Below are positions 17,395 through 25,740 of a DNA stretch of 35,206 nt, piece after piece; within the stretch, counting starts at the first letter, position 1, and each line of letters begins with the position of its first letter. The translations under genes and the position numbers were made by a program. Under the pieces are notes generated by a model that made no database searches, was not told where the DNA came from, and saw only the letters and a program-made list of their open reading frames with translations. The stretch is from an uncultured Saprospiraceae bacterium (GTDB lineage: Bacteria; Bacteroidota; Bacteroidia; Chitinophagales; Saprospiraceae), in NCBI GenBank assembly GCA_937867195.1, contig CALMKY010000130.1, positions 1-35,206 on the forward strand, read 5' to 3'.

Positions 17395-17645
17395 AATATG
17401 GTTTGAGTTTGCTGGATTCGATCCCAAGTAGATGTAATTAGATTTAAAAAAGTCATCCCGAATCAATATTAATTTAAATGCTATAAAAATATCGGGCCCT
17501 TCAATTAATAGTAAAATGGATACCCTGAGTGCAATTTCAATTCCACTCCAACCCATCAAAATTCGAATTCATACTTAAACGGAAACTTGGTAGCTGCTGT
17601 AATAAATTATAATTTGTACTTTCAACCATAATCTGAAAATTTTAA

Positions 17646-19166
17646 ATGAAAAATATTTTTATTATCCTGCTTCTTTTAAGTGAATTTGCATCTTATTCCC
17701 AATCCTTCCATTCGTACATTTTCGATCAAAAGAATCAATATGCATGGCTAAAAGAGTATACAGACTTTCTTGCGATTCCTAATGTTCTTGGGGATTCACT
17801 CAATATGATAAAGAATGCTCAGCGAATCAGCGAAATGCTGACCAGGCTTCACGTCAAAAATGAATTACTTTTCTCCGGCAGAAAAAACTCAGCCCCTTGT
17901 GTATATGGAGAAGTGATGACCCCGGGAGCCACGACCACCATTGCATTTTATGCACATTATGATGGACAGCCGGTGAATCCAAAACAATGGGCCGATGGCC
18001 TTGAGCCTTTTAAACCATCCTTACTGGATAATCGCATAGATAAAGGAGGCAAACGGATAGCTTTCCCCAACGAAAATGAACCGATCAATAGTACATGGAG
18101 ATTGTACGCCCGCGCATCCTCCGATGATAAAGCAGGAGTGTATGCCATCATCCAGGCATATGAAACCATACTGCAGTCAAATCAAAAACCGACTATCAAT
18201 ATCAAATTCCTATTTGAAGGAGAAGAAGAAGCAGGATCGATCAACCTCGATGAAATCTTTCATCGCAATACTGCCAAACTATCAGCGGATCTGTGGGTGA
18301 TCTGTGACGGTCCACGTCATGTATCCGGCAAAAAACAGGTAGTATTTGGAGTACGCGGTGATGTCAATCTCGATCTGAAAGTATATGGATCCAAAAGGCC
18401 TCTCCATAGTGGTAACTACGGTAATTGGGCTCCCAATCCTGCGATGCGACTTGCTCAATTGCTGGCTAGTATGAAAGATAAAAATGGAAAGATCATCATA
18501 CCAGGCTTTTATGATGATGTGACCCCTTTGAGTGAATCAGAAAAAAAAGCGATTGCATTAGTGCCCAATATCGAATCCATCTTAAAAGAAGATCTTGCAC
18601 TTGGCTTGCCGGATGGTAACGGAAAAAATTTTCTCGAGCTTTTATCATTACCTACCATCAATATCAATGGAATGGCCAGCGGAAATATTGGAGCCATGGC
18701 AAGCAATCAAATTCCAACCGATGCGACGGCCGTATTGGATTTAAGATTGGTAAAAGGTAATGATGTCAACAAACAGATTGAGAAAATAAAGACCCATGTA
18801 AAAAATCAAGGATATACGGTACTCGATCATGAACCCAGCGATGATGAGAGAAAGCAATATCCATTGATAGCCAAGATCACAGCCAGAGCCGGGGGATATA
18901 ATGCACAACGAACCCCTATGGATCTACCCATTGCCCAGCGCGTTGTACAAGCCATAAAAACCACGGTAGACTATGACATCATCAGAATCCCTTCTGCCGG
19001 TGGATCACTTCCTTTATTTTTATTCGAAAAAATTCTCGGTGCTCAGCCTATATCTGTTCCAATCGTAAACTATGATAATAATCAGCATGCAGAAAATGAA
19101 AATCTGCAATTACAATATCTATGGGAGGGAATCGAAACGATGGCAGCGATCATGATGATGAAATAA
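17646..19166 (+). CDS. M20-family dipeptidase/peptidase, exported
   Basis: Signal peptide, plus 'AHYDGQPV', 'ARASSDDKAG' and 'FEGEEEAGS' metal-binding motifs of the M20/M25/M40 clan. Confidence 0.88.
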   Translation: MKNIFIILLLLSEFASYSQSFHSYIFDQKNQYAWLKEYTDFLAIPNVLGDSLNMIKNAQRISEMLTRLHVKNELLFSGRKNSAPCVYGEVMTPGATTTIAFYAHYDGQPVNPKQWADGLEPFKPSLLDNRIDKGGKRIAFPNENEPINSTWRLYARASSDDKAGVYAIIQAYETILQSNQKPTINIKFLFEGEEEAGSINLDEIFHRNTAKLSADLWVICDGPRHVSGKKQVVFGVRGDVNLDLKVYGSKRPLHSGNYGNWAPNPAMRLAQLLASMKDKNGKIIIPGFYDDVTPLSESEKKAIALVPNIESILKEDLALGLPDGNGKNFLELLSLPTININGMASGNIGAMASNQIPTDATAVLDLRLVKGNDVNKQIEKIKTHVKNQGYTVLDHEPSDDERKQYPLIAKITARAGGYNAQRTPMDLPIAQRVVQAIKTTVDYDIIRIPSAGGSLPLFLFEKILGAQPISVPIVNYDNNQHAENENLQLQYLWEGIETMAAIMMMK

Positions 19167-19193
19167 TCCGGAAAAGCAATCTACTGATAATTT

Positions 19194-20087
19194 TTATTGC
19201 ATCTGGTTAACGATTGTTTTTGCAATTTCGGCAACTACCTTATCGCTTTCTTCCTGACTTTGTTTTGAATCAGCAATAAATACTGCGATTGCAATTTTTT
19301 TACCACCCGGCAATTCAAGGATGCCCACATCGTTATTGGCAGGCCGTATTCCATCTTTGGTATCGGATAATCCCGTTTTGTGTGCTACGATGATATTCTT
19401 ATCCAACAATCCCTTTATCTTATTAGGCCCTGTACTGGTTTCGATCATAGCTTTATTAAGAAAATCCATCGTCGTCTTGGATAAAATTTTTTTATTATAA
19501 AACAAATCAAGCATTTTAATACAAGCCAAGGGAGAGGAATAATTTCTAAATTGGGTATTCCAATCATGATGCATTTCTGATTCAGTAGCGGATATTAATA
19601 TATCTTTGACTTTAAAAGATTGAATGTATGAATTCACTTTTCCGGGCCCTCCCATAAGTCTGAACAGGATATCACAACCATTATTATCGCTCTTGGATAC
19701 GGTATACTGCAGAATTGTACTTAACGGTAATGATATATTTCCATCAGGATAATCATCTCTTAATGGACTATAGGTATTGGGTAATAAATCAGACTTCTTT
19801 ATAAAAATAAGTTGATCTAATTTCAGCATCCCACGATCCACTTGATTCAATACTGCCAATGCAAGGTGGAATTTATAAACGCTTTGCATCGGGTAGTGTC
19901 GATCGCCATGGACCGTAAACGTATCTTTTGAGAATAGATCCATGACGGCAATGCCCACGTCGGCGTCAGTCCTGGTAAGAATTTGATGGATTTCAAATCG
20001 TAACGAATCATGATTTTTCTGTCCGGGAAGGATCAGGTAGATGCATATAAAACAAGTTATATAACCGATTCTCCTTAAAAACAACAT
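19194..20087 (-). CDS. bla: Class A beta-lactamase, subclass A2 (PER/VEB/CblA/CfxA-like)
   Basis: S-x-x-K 'MQSVYKFHLALAVL', S-D-N 'SKSDNNGCD', omega-loop 'ATESEMH' and K-T-G 'AHKTGLS'. By recollection, overall collinearity with PER-type enzymes. Confidence 0.88.
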   Translation of the reverse strand: MLFLRRIGYITCFICIYLILPGQKNHDSLRFEIHQILTRTDADVGIAVMDLFSKDTFTVHGDRHYPMQSVYKFHLALAVLNQVDRGMLKLDQLIFIKKSDLLPNTYSPLRDDYPDGNISLPLSTILQYTVSKSDNNGCDILFRLMGGPGKVNSYIQSFKVKDILISATESEMHHDWNTQFRNYSSPLACIKMLDLFYNKKILSKTTMDFLNKAMIETSTGPNKIKGLLDKNIIVAHKTGLSDTKDGIRPANNDVGILELPGGKKIAIAVFIADSKQSQEESDKVVAEIAKTIVNQMQ

Positions 20088-20123
20088 ATTATTTCTTAAT
20101 GATAAAAATGTATATCCGGGTAT

Positions 20124-21989
20124 TTATCTTCCTACGTGAACCAATAAAATACTGATATCACTCGGTGTAATGCCGCTGATCCGACTCGCCTGACCAATGG
20201 TGCGAGGTTTATGTTTTGTCAACTTTTCGCGCGCTTCTGCAGACAAAGAAGTCAATGCTTTGAAATTAAAATTATCTATCAGTCTTACTTCTTCCAGGCG
20301 ATTCATTTTATCCACCAGGTCTTTTTCTCTTTGAAGATAGCCTTCATATTTGATGTCAATTTCGGCAAGTTCGATGGATTCCGGATCGAAAGACCTCATA
20401 AGATCAGCGATGGCCGGTACATTCTTCACTACATCCACCAGGCTTATTTCCGGCCTTAAGATGATGTTATAAAGTTTTACTTTTTGATTTAAGGGAGTAC
20501 TGTTGATGGAAGCCAGGTAGGCATTCATCTGGTCAGGACTTACCGATTGGGTTTTAATCAAAGATTCTATCTGAGACGAATGCAATTGCTTTAATAATAC
20601 TCGATCTTGTCTGGCGTCCGCCCCTTTCATTCCAAGTTGATGAGCATACGGTGTTAAACGCAGATCTGCATTGTCCTGACGCAATAACATACGATACTCA
20701 GCCCTCGAAGTAAACATACGATAAGGTTCATTCGTGCCTTTGTTTACCAGATCATCTATGAGCACACCGATATAAGCTTCTGATCGCTTTAGTATAAATG
20801 GTTCTTCCTCTCTGATTGACAGGTGTGCATTGATGCCCGCCATCAAACCCTGGCATGCTGCTTCTTCATATCCGGTGGTACCATTGATCTGGCCTGCAAA
20901 GAATAGATTTTTAATCAAATGAGTTTCAAGGCTCAAGGATAATTGAGTAGGAGGAAAATAATCGTATTCGATGGCATATCCCGGGCGGAACATTTTTACA
21001 TCTTCAAATCCCGGTATCTCTTTCAACGCTTTGTATTGAACATCTTCTGGTAAGGATGATGAGAATCCATTTACATAAATCTCAACCGTATCCCATCCCT
21101 CAGGCTCAATGAAAAGTTGATGCCGGTCTTTATCTGCGAAGCGGTTGATTTTATCCTCTATCGATGGACAATAGCGTGGACCCAATCCTTGTATACGACC
21201 TGTAAACATCGGACTTTGATCAAATCCTGTCTTCAGTATACTGTGTACTTTTTCATTGGTATACGTAATATGACAGGGCAGCTGCTTTTCTAATCTGGGT
21301 GTATCGGTATAGGAAAACTTACCCGCAGGATGATCTCCTTCCTGTATTTCCATGCGGTCATAATGCAGGCTGCGACCATCGATGCGTGGTGGGGTGCCCG
21401 TCTTCATCCGGCCACTTTCAAAGCCGAGCGATATCAATTGCTCTGTAATACCGGTAGCTGCTTTTTCACCGGCGCGACCGCCGCCATATTGTTTTTCTCC
21501 TATATGAATAATTCCATTTAGGAAAGTTCCATTGGTCAATACCACCGCCTTGGATTCTATCTCTAGGCCCATGCTCGTACGTACGCCACCGACTCGTCCA
21601 TCTTTGACTAAGATGCCGCTGCCCATGTCTTGCCAAAAGTCGATCATAGGATGTTCCTCCAACATATTGCGCCATTTACGAGCGAATAAATTGCGATCAC
21701 TTTGTGCACGGGGACTCCACATAGCAGGTCCTTTGGATCGATTGAGGATCCTGAACTGGACCATCGTATGATCTGTAACGATTCCACTGTATCCGCAAAG
21801 TGCATCTATCTCGCGGACAATTTGGCCCTTTGCAACTCCTCCCATCGCGGGATTGCACGACATTTGAGCTATGGTTTGCATATTCATCGTCATAAGCAAT
21901 ACACGCGAGCCAAGATTAGCAGCAGCTACTGCCGCTTCACAACCTGCATGGCCTGCACCGACTACGATCACATCATATACTGGAAACAT
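20124..21989 (-). CDS. mnmG: tRNA uridine 5-carboxymethylaminomethyl modification enzyme MnmG (GidA)
   Basis: 'YDVIVVGAGHAGCEAA', 'MSCNPAMGG', 'GPRYCPSIEDK' and 'AGQINGTTGYEEAA'. 621 aa. Confidence 0.97.
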   Translation of the reverse strand: MFPVYDVIVVGAGHAGCEAAVAAANLGSRVLLMTMNMQTIAQMSCNPAMGGVAKGQIVREIDALCGYSGIVTDHTMVQFRILNRSKGPAMWSPRAQSDRNLFARKWRNMLEEHPMIDFWQDMGSGILVKDGRVGGVRTSMGLEIESKAVVLTNGTFLNGIIHIGEKQYGGGRAGEKAATGITEQLISLGFESGRMKTGTPPRIDGRSLHYDRMEIQEGDHPAGKFSYTDTPRLEKQLPCHITYTNEKVHSILKTGFDQSPMFTGRIQGLGPRYCPSIEDKINRFADKDRHQLFIEPEGWDTVEIYVNGFSSSLPEDVQYKALKEIPGFEDVKMFRPGYAIEYDYFPPTQLSLSLETHLIKNLFFAGQINGTTGYEEAACQGLMAGINAHLSIREEEPFILKRSEAYIGVLIDDLVNKGTNEPYRMFTSRAEYRMLLRQDNADLRLTPYAHQLGMKGADARQDRVLLKQLHSSQIESLIKTQSVSPDQMNAYLASINSTPLNQKVKLYNIILRPEISLVDVVKNVPAIADLMRSFDPESIELAEIDIKYEGYLQREKDLVDKMNRLEEVRLIDNFNFKALTSLSAEAREKLTKHKPRTIGQASRISGITPSDISILLVHVGR

Positions 21990-22138
21990 AAGTTCGCAAA
22001 GATACGGGGAACAGAAATCAAGTCCAGAAAGTGTCTCACAAATGACCCTTCTTTCTAATGCAAACTATATTCAGAAGTCAATTTATAATTGACTTGCAAG
22101 CCGCAGTAGATTATTCTGGTAACAGGATTTGACTTCTC

Positions 22139-24646
22139 TTAATTCCTTGCACCACCTTGCTGCATACCTCCTCCCTGACCATCCCCACCCTCTTTGAGAT
22201 CATCATTCTTTACACCACGTTTCTTAGGTTGAGCATTGAAATTGAGTTTACCCCATTGATAGCTAAAGTTGATTCCAAAAGATGCAAAGGGTATCCGGAA
22301 ATCATAGGTTTGCCTGAAATTATCACCTTCTGTTTTTGATTTAAAGCTGCGATATTTAGAGAATGGCGTCACCGTACTAAATCCAATGGTGCCTTTTTTA
22401 TTCAGAATGTCTTTTTTCAATCCGATTGAATACATAGAGAAAGAAGGCTGGGTCCCTTGCAACGATCTGCGGGGAGAATTGAAAATACCGAATAAATCAG
22501 CTTTGAGTCCATTGGTCTTAAAGTCAAAAGAAGACATCACAAATGCGGTATACTGTACACCCGCGCTGAAGTTTTGTTTGGTCAGATCAGAATGGGTATT
22601 GTATGAACCTACGTTTACGTTACCTCTCAAAGTCCAGTATTTATTTACATTCACTGATGAAAAAGCATTGAAACCATAAGAATAATTAATTCCTGCATTG
22701 GCATAGGTCGTCACGGATTTACCGTCGTTTGCTACATTGATGAATTGCTCAATGATATCGTGTGTCTGCCTTCCGTACAATGACATATTGATCATCGATC
22801 CGTGTAAAAAGGTGGTATAGCCCAATTCAAGTTGATCCGTCAATTCAGGATTTAGACTTGGATTACCTACCGTCACGGTACGGCTGTCCTGAGATTCTGT
22901 AAATGGATTTATGTGGAAAAGACTCGGTCTCTGGATCCTCTTTGAATAACCGAATTTAAGGGTTCTGAAATTTTTAAGTTGTTTTGAAATGGCGATATTA
23001 GGTAAAAGATTCCCATATGAATTGGTAAAAGGATCTCCCTTATCATTGGTAAAACTTCCTTTGATCGTAGTCCCTTCCCATCTGGCGCCGGTGATCAAAC
23101 TGTAATCCTTTCCAAGCGAAGCGGTCAATGAGGTATATCCTGAGGTTACATATTGATGGTAACTAAAGATGCTGGCCAATGAATTATTGATCGAATATTC
23201 TTTGGTGTCAGGATTGTAAGAGTAATAATTTAAATCGCTCGTGATGTCTCTCAGTATCTGCTTTGCACCGATCTCCATTTTAACTTTCTTACTAAATGGA
23301 TGAGTGTAATCAATCTGGAAAGTGTATTCATTATTGTTTCCATGATTATCGCTCTTCGTGTTAGAATTCCAGGTCGGGTTATTTTCAGTGATGTAAAGAT
23401 TATCTGACAAGGATTTGCTGTTAGACCATTGGAAAGCGAAATCCAATTCCTGATCTTGCTTTTTAAAGGTTCGCTTAAAATCTGTATTCCAGTCAAAACC
23501 TCCGCGTAAGGCGTTGGAAGAATTGTATCGATAGTATTTAAAAAACTGGTTGTCAATTTGATTGGCCACATCTACATTCGTGTTGGAGGTGCGATCCATG
23601 CTGAATCCATTTGCTCGGAAAGTAGAAGATATGCTATTGTATGCATTGAAATCATAGTCTGCTGCAATATTGGCATTGTATCCGATGCGGGATGTCCGGT
23701 TGGTACCGTCTTCATTTGTAGTATTGGTTTGACCGGTGCTATTGAAGTTGACCCGGGTGAGTGTATTGTAACCATTTCCAGGCCATCCCCAAAATGCACC
23801 TCCTCCCCCATTGAGTCCAAACCGACCTTTGTGTACACCTAAATTGGTAAATAGGTTGTTTTGACGGGTACCGACTGCTGTATTAATCATGCCGCTGGTA
23901 CCTTCGGCATTTTTCTTTTTGGTAATGATATTGATGATGCCTCCGGTACCTTCTCCATCGTATTTCGCTGAGGGATTCGTGATGACTTCAACGCTTTTGA
24001 TTTGTTCCGCAGGGATCATTTTGAGTGCATCCGCGACATTCGTACTGAACATACCGGATGGCTTACCATTAATGAGTATTTTAAGATTGGTACTGCCACG
24101 CAATGAGACATTTCCATCCAGATCGACAGATAACATCGGTACTTTCTGAAGTACATCCGCTGCATTCCCGCCCGCAGAAGTGGCATCTTTTTCAGCATTG
24201 TATACAAGTTTGTCCACATGGTTTTCGATCAATGTTTTTTGATCCGCAATCGTTACTTCATTGAGGGTGACTGTAGTGGGTTTAATGAGGATCGTTCCGA
24301 GATTGGCGTCCGGCTTTTTTAACGTCAACGAAATATTATCGATTCTCTTTTTGTCATATCCGATGTAATCGATGAGGAGGGAATAAGTACCCTGGGTGAG
24401 TCCTTCAAGTTTAAAATTACCCTTTTCATCCGTCAGGGTCCCGTTAATGTCCTTGGTACCGTTTTGACGTCGAATAGCCACGGAAGCAAATTCGACGATC
24501 GCTTTATTTGAACTGTCTATGATCGTACCGCTGATCTTTCCTGTAATTGTAGGTGCGGCATTCCCGCCGCCGCCACCGGGAAATTGCGCTTTAACCGAAA
24601 TGGATAACGATAAAAGAGTAAAGCAAAGGAGCCAAAACTTATTCAT
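22139..24646 (-). CDS. TonB-dependent-receptor-like outer-membrane beta-barrel protein with an N-terminal CarboxypepD_reg-like domain
   Basis: Signal peptide, 'GKISGTIIDSSNKAIVEFASVAI...GNFKLEGLTQGTYSLLIDYIGY', plug-like 'NVSLRGSTNLKILINGKP', and a long Y/N/S/T-rich beta-barrel. A Gly-rich tail follows 'FSYQWGKLNF'. Confidence 0.85.
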   Translation of the reverse strand: MNKFWLLCFTLLSLSISVKAQFPGGGGGNAAPTITGKISGTIIDSSNKAIVEFASVAIRRQNGTKDINGTLTDEKGNFKLEGLTQGTYSLLIDYIGYDKKRIDNISLTLKKPDANLGTILIKPTTVTLNEVTIADQKTLIENHVDKLVYNAEKDATSAGGNAADVLQKVPMLSVDLDGNVSLRGSTNLKILINGKPSGMFSTNVADALKMIPAEQIKSVEVITNPSAKYDGEGTGGIINIITKKKNAEGTSGMINTAVGTRQNNLFTNLGVHKGRFGLNGGGGAFWGWPGNGYNTLTRVNFNSTGQTNTTNEDGTNRTSRIGYNANIAADYDFNAYNSISSTFRANGFSMDRTSNTNVDVANQIDNQFFKYYRYNSSNALRGGFDWNTDFKRTFKKQDQELDFAFQWSNSKSLSDNLYITENNPTWNSNTKSDNHGNNNEYTFQIDYTHPFSKKVKMEIGAKQILRDITSDLNYYSYNPDTKEYSINNSLASIFSYHQYVTSGYTSLTASLGKDYSLITGARWEGTTIKGSFTNDKGDPFTNSYGNLLPNIAISKQLKNFRTLKFGYSKRIQRPSLFHINPFTESQDSRTVTVGNPSLNPELTDQLELGYTTFLHGSMINMSLYGRQTHDIIEQFINVANDGKSVTTYANAGINYSYGFNAFSSVNVNKYWTLRGNVNVGSYNTHSDLTKQNFSAGVQYTAFVMSSFDFKTNGLKADLFGIFNSPRRSLQGTQPSFSMYSIGLKKDILNKKGTIGFSTVTPFSKYRSFKSKTEGDNFRQTYDFRIPFASFGINFSYQWGKLNFNAQPKKRGVKNDDLKEGGDGQGGGMQQGGARN

Positions 24647-25007
24647 AAAAACAGATTAGATTATTTCGCTTATTAAACCCTGCAAAGATCATGGGAATTT
24701 TCTAAGGCTGCATTTTATCTATACAACGAAAGGGTGGAATCAGATCAATGGTCAATATTATTCGATGAAAAATGGGCCAATTTGATTTTCATTAAGATAT
24801 AACCTTCTCATTTAAGAAGTAAATTAATTGAATAAGGTTGCGAACGGAAGGATGCTTTTATCAATAATCCGTCGGCTATGGACGACAAGGCAATAATCAA
24901 TAAATCTCTTCCTGAAACAAATTTCATCTTAACGTGATTATTTTTATAAAATACATAGCAAAATCGAGTAAGATGACTTTACTTCCATAAAACTCTGGTG
25001 TAAACAA

Positions 25008-25490
25008 CTACTTTTTATCCCAATCGATCATAGAAACCAATTCTTCCAGGTATTTTGCATCTGTTGCGTCAAATGAATTTAATTCAGCACTGTCCACGTC
25101 CAATACCGCAATTACATCGTGATGTACTATGCATGGAATCACTATCTCTGATTTAGATAAACTACTGCATGCAATATGTCCCGGAAATTTTTCAACGTCA
25201 GGTACAATTAAGGTTTTTTTCGATGCCCAGGCCGAACCACAGACTCCGCGGTCATATCCTATGCGCGTGCAGGCAACCGGTCCTTGGAATGGGCCTAGAA
25301 TCAACTGATCTTTTTTCACGATATAAAAGCCAACCCATAGCCATTGAAATTGTTCTTTGAGTGCCGCTGCCATATTTCCTAAGTTGGCAATTAAATCATC
25401 TTCGGTTTCCAATAAAGATTTTATCTGAGGTAATAATTGAGCATATTGTTCCGATTTACTGCCTTGACTTATTCTAAGATCTTCCGCCAT
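25008..25490 (-). CDS. msrC: GAF-domain free methionine-(R)-sulfoxide reductase (YebR/MsrC-like)
   Basis: 'WVGFYIV', 'LGPFQGPVACTRIGYDRGVCGSAW', 'HIACSSLSKSEIVIP' and 'VLDVDS', collinear with fRMsr from ATG 25490. The 28-codon upstream extension in the ORF track has no homolog-like content. Confidence 0.82.
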   Translation of the reverse strand: MAEDLRISQGSKSEQYAQLLPQIKSLLETEDDLIANLGNMAAALKEQFQWLWVGFYIVKKDQLILGPFQGPVACTRIGYDRGVCGSAWASKKTLIVPDVEKFPGHIACSSLSKSEIVIPCIVHHDVIAVLDVDSAELNSFDATDAKYLEELVSMIDWDKK

Positions 25491-25740
25491 GATACAAAAA
25501 TATGGGTTAACATATATATAGGCCCAATTCCATCCCACCGCAATCCTGCTGGAGATCCACCATTTCATGTGCACGAAATAACAAATGCTGATAGATTTGC
25601 TTTGCTCTTATCCCTTATAAAATTTATGAGTAGATGCATAACCTTATTTTTCAATCAACGTGACTTGGCCCATTCCCTTTATTTGCCTCGAGGTGCACCA
25701 CACGTTAGATTATTCCTTGTCTTTGCTGTATATTTCTAAA

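Noticed and set aside
17414-17424. tRNA T-arm-like string GGATTCGATCC upstream of the small membrane protein gene (possible tRNA or attachment-site remnant)
   Set aside because: Only a 3-bp stem is possible around the loop. No acceptor, anticodon or D-arm could be built on either strand, so it is not a tRNA or a convincing fragment.
16039-17615. 9-nt direct repeat TTATAATTT flanking the two-gene cassette (16039..16047 and 17607..17615) as possible target-site duplication
   Set aside because: It is short, AT-only and lies in AT-rich intergenic DNA, so chance occurrence is likely. No inverted repeats, integrase or transposase accompany it.
21702-22058. Antisense or alternate-frame ORFs of about 100-118 aa inside large genes (21702..22058 in mnmG; also 23251..23571 and 23558..23842 in the TonB receptor gene, 26773..27129 in the acylase gene, 34311..34634 in the M43 gene)
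   Set aside because: All lie within strongly supported CDSs and have skewed, unprotein-like composition. They are of the kind commonly seen by chance opposite long genes.
22139-22230. Gly-rich C-terminal tail (KEGGDGQGGGMQQGGARN) after the last beta-strand of the TonB-dependent receptor-like protein as a novel appendage or frameshift
   Set aside because: The reading frame is continuous, and a matching poly-Gly stretch occurs after the signal peptide. From memory, charged or Gly-rich tails occur in this outer-membrane beta-barrel family. This is insufficient to call it unusual without an alignment.
25491-25574. N-terminal extensions proposed by the ORF track (25491..25574 for the GAF gene; 25660..25740 for the acylase; 33774..33800 for the M43 gene, a TTG start overlapping fabG; 15277..15309 for the GyrI-like gene, a TTG start)
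   Set aside because: In each case an internal ATG gives an N-terminus collinear with the family or a clean signal or lipoprotein peptide. The extension adds W/Y/C-rich sequence with no homolog-like character.
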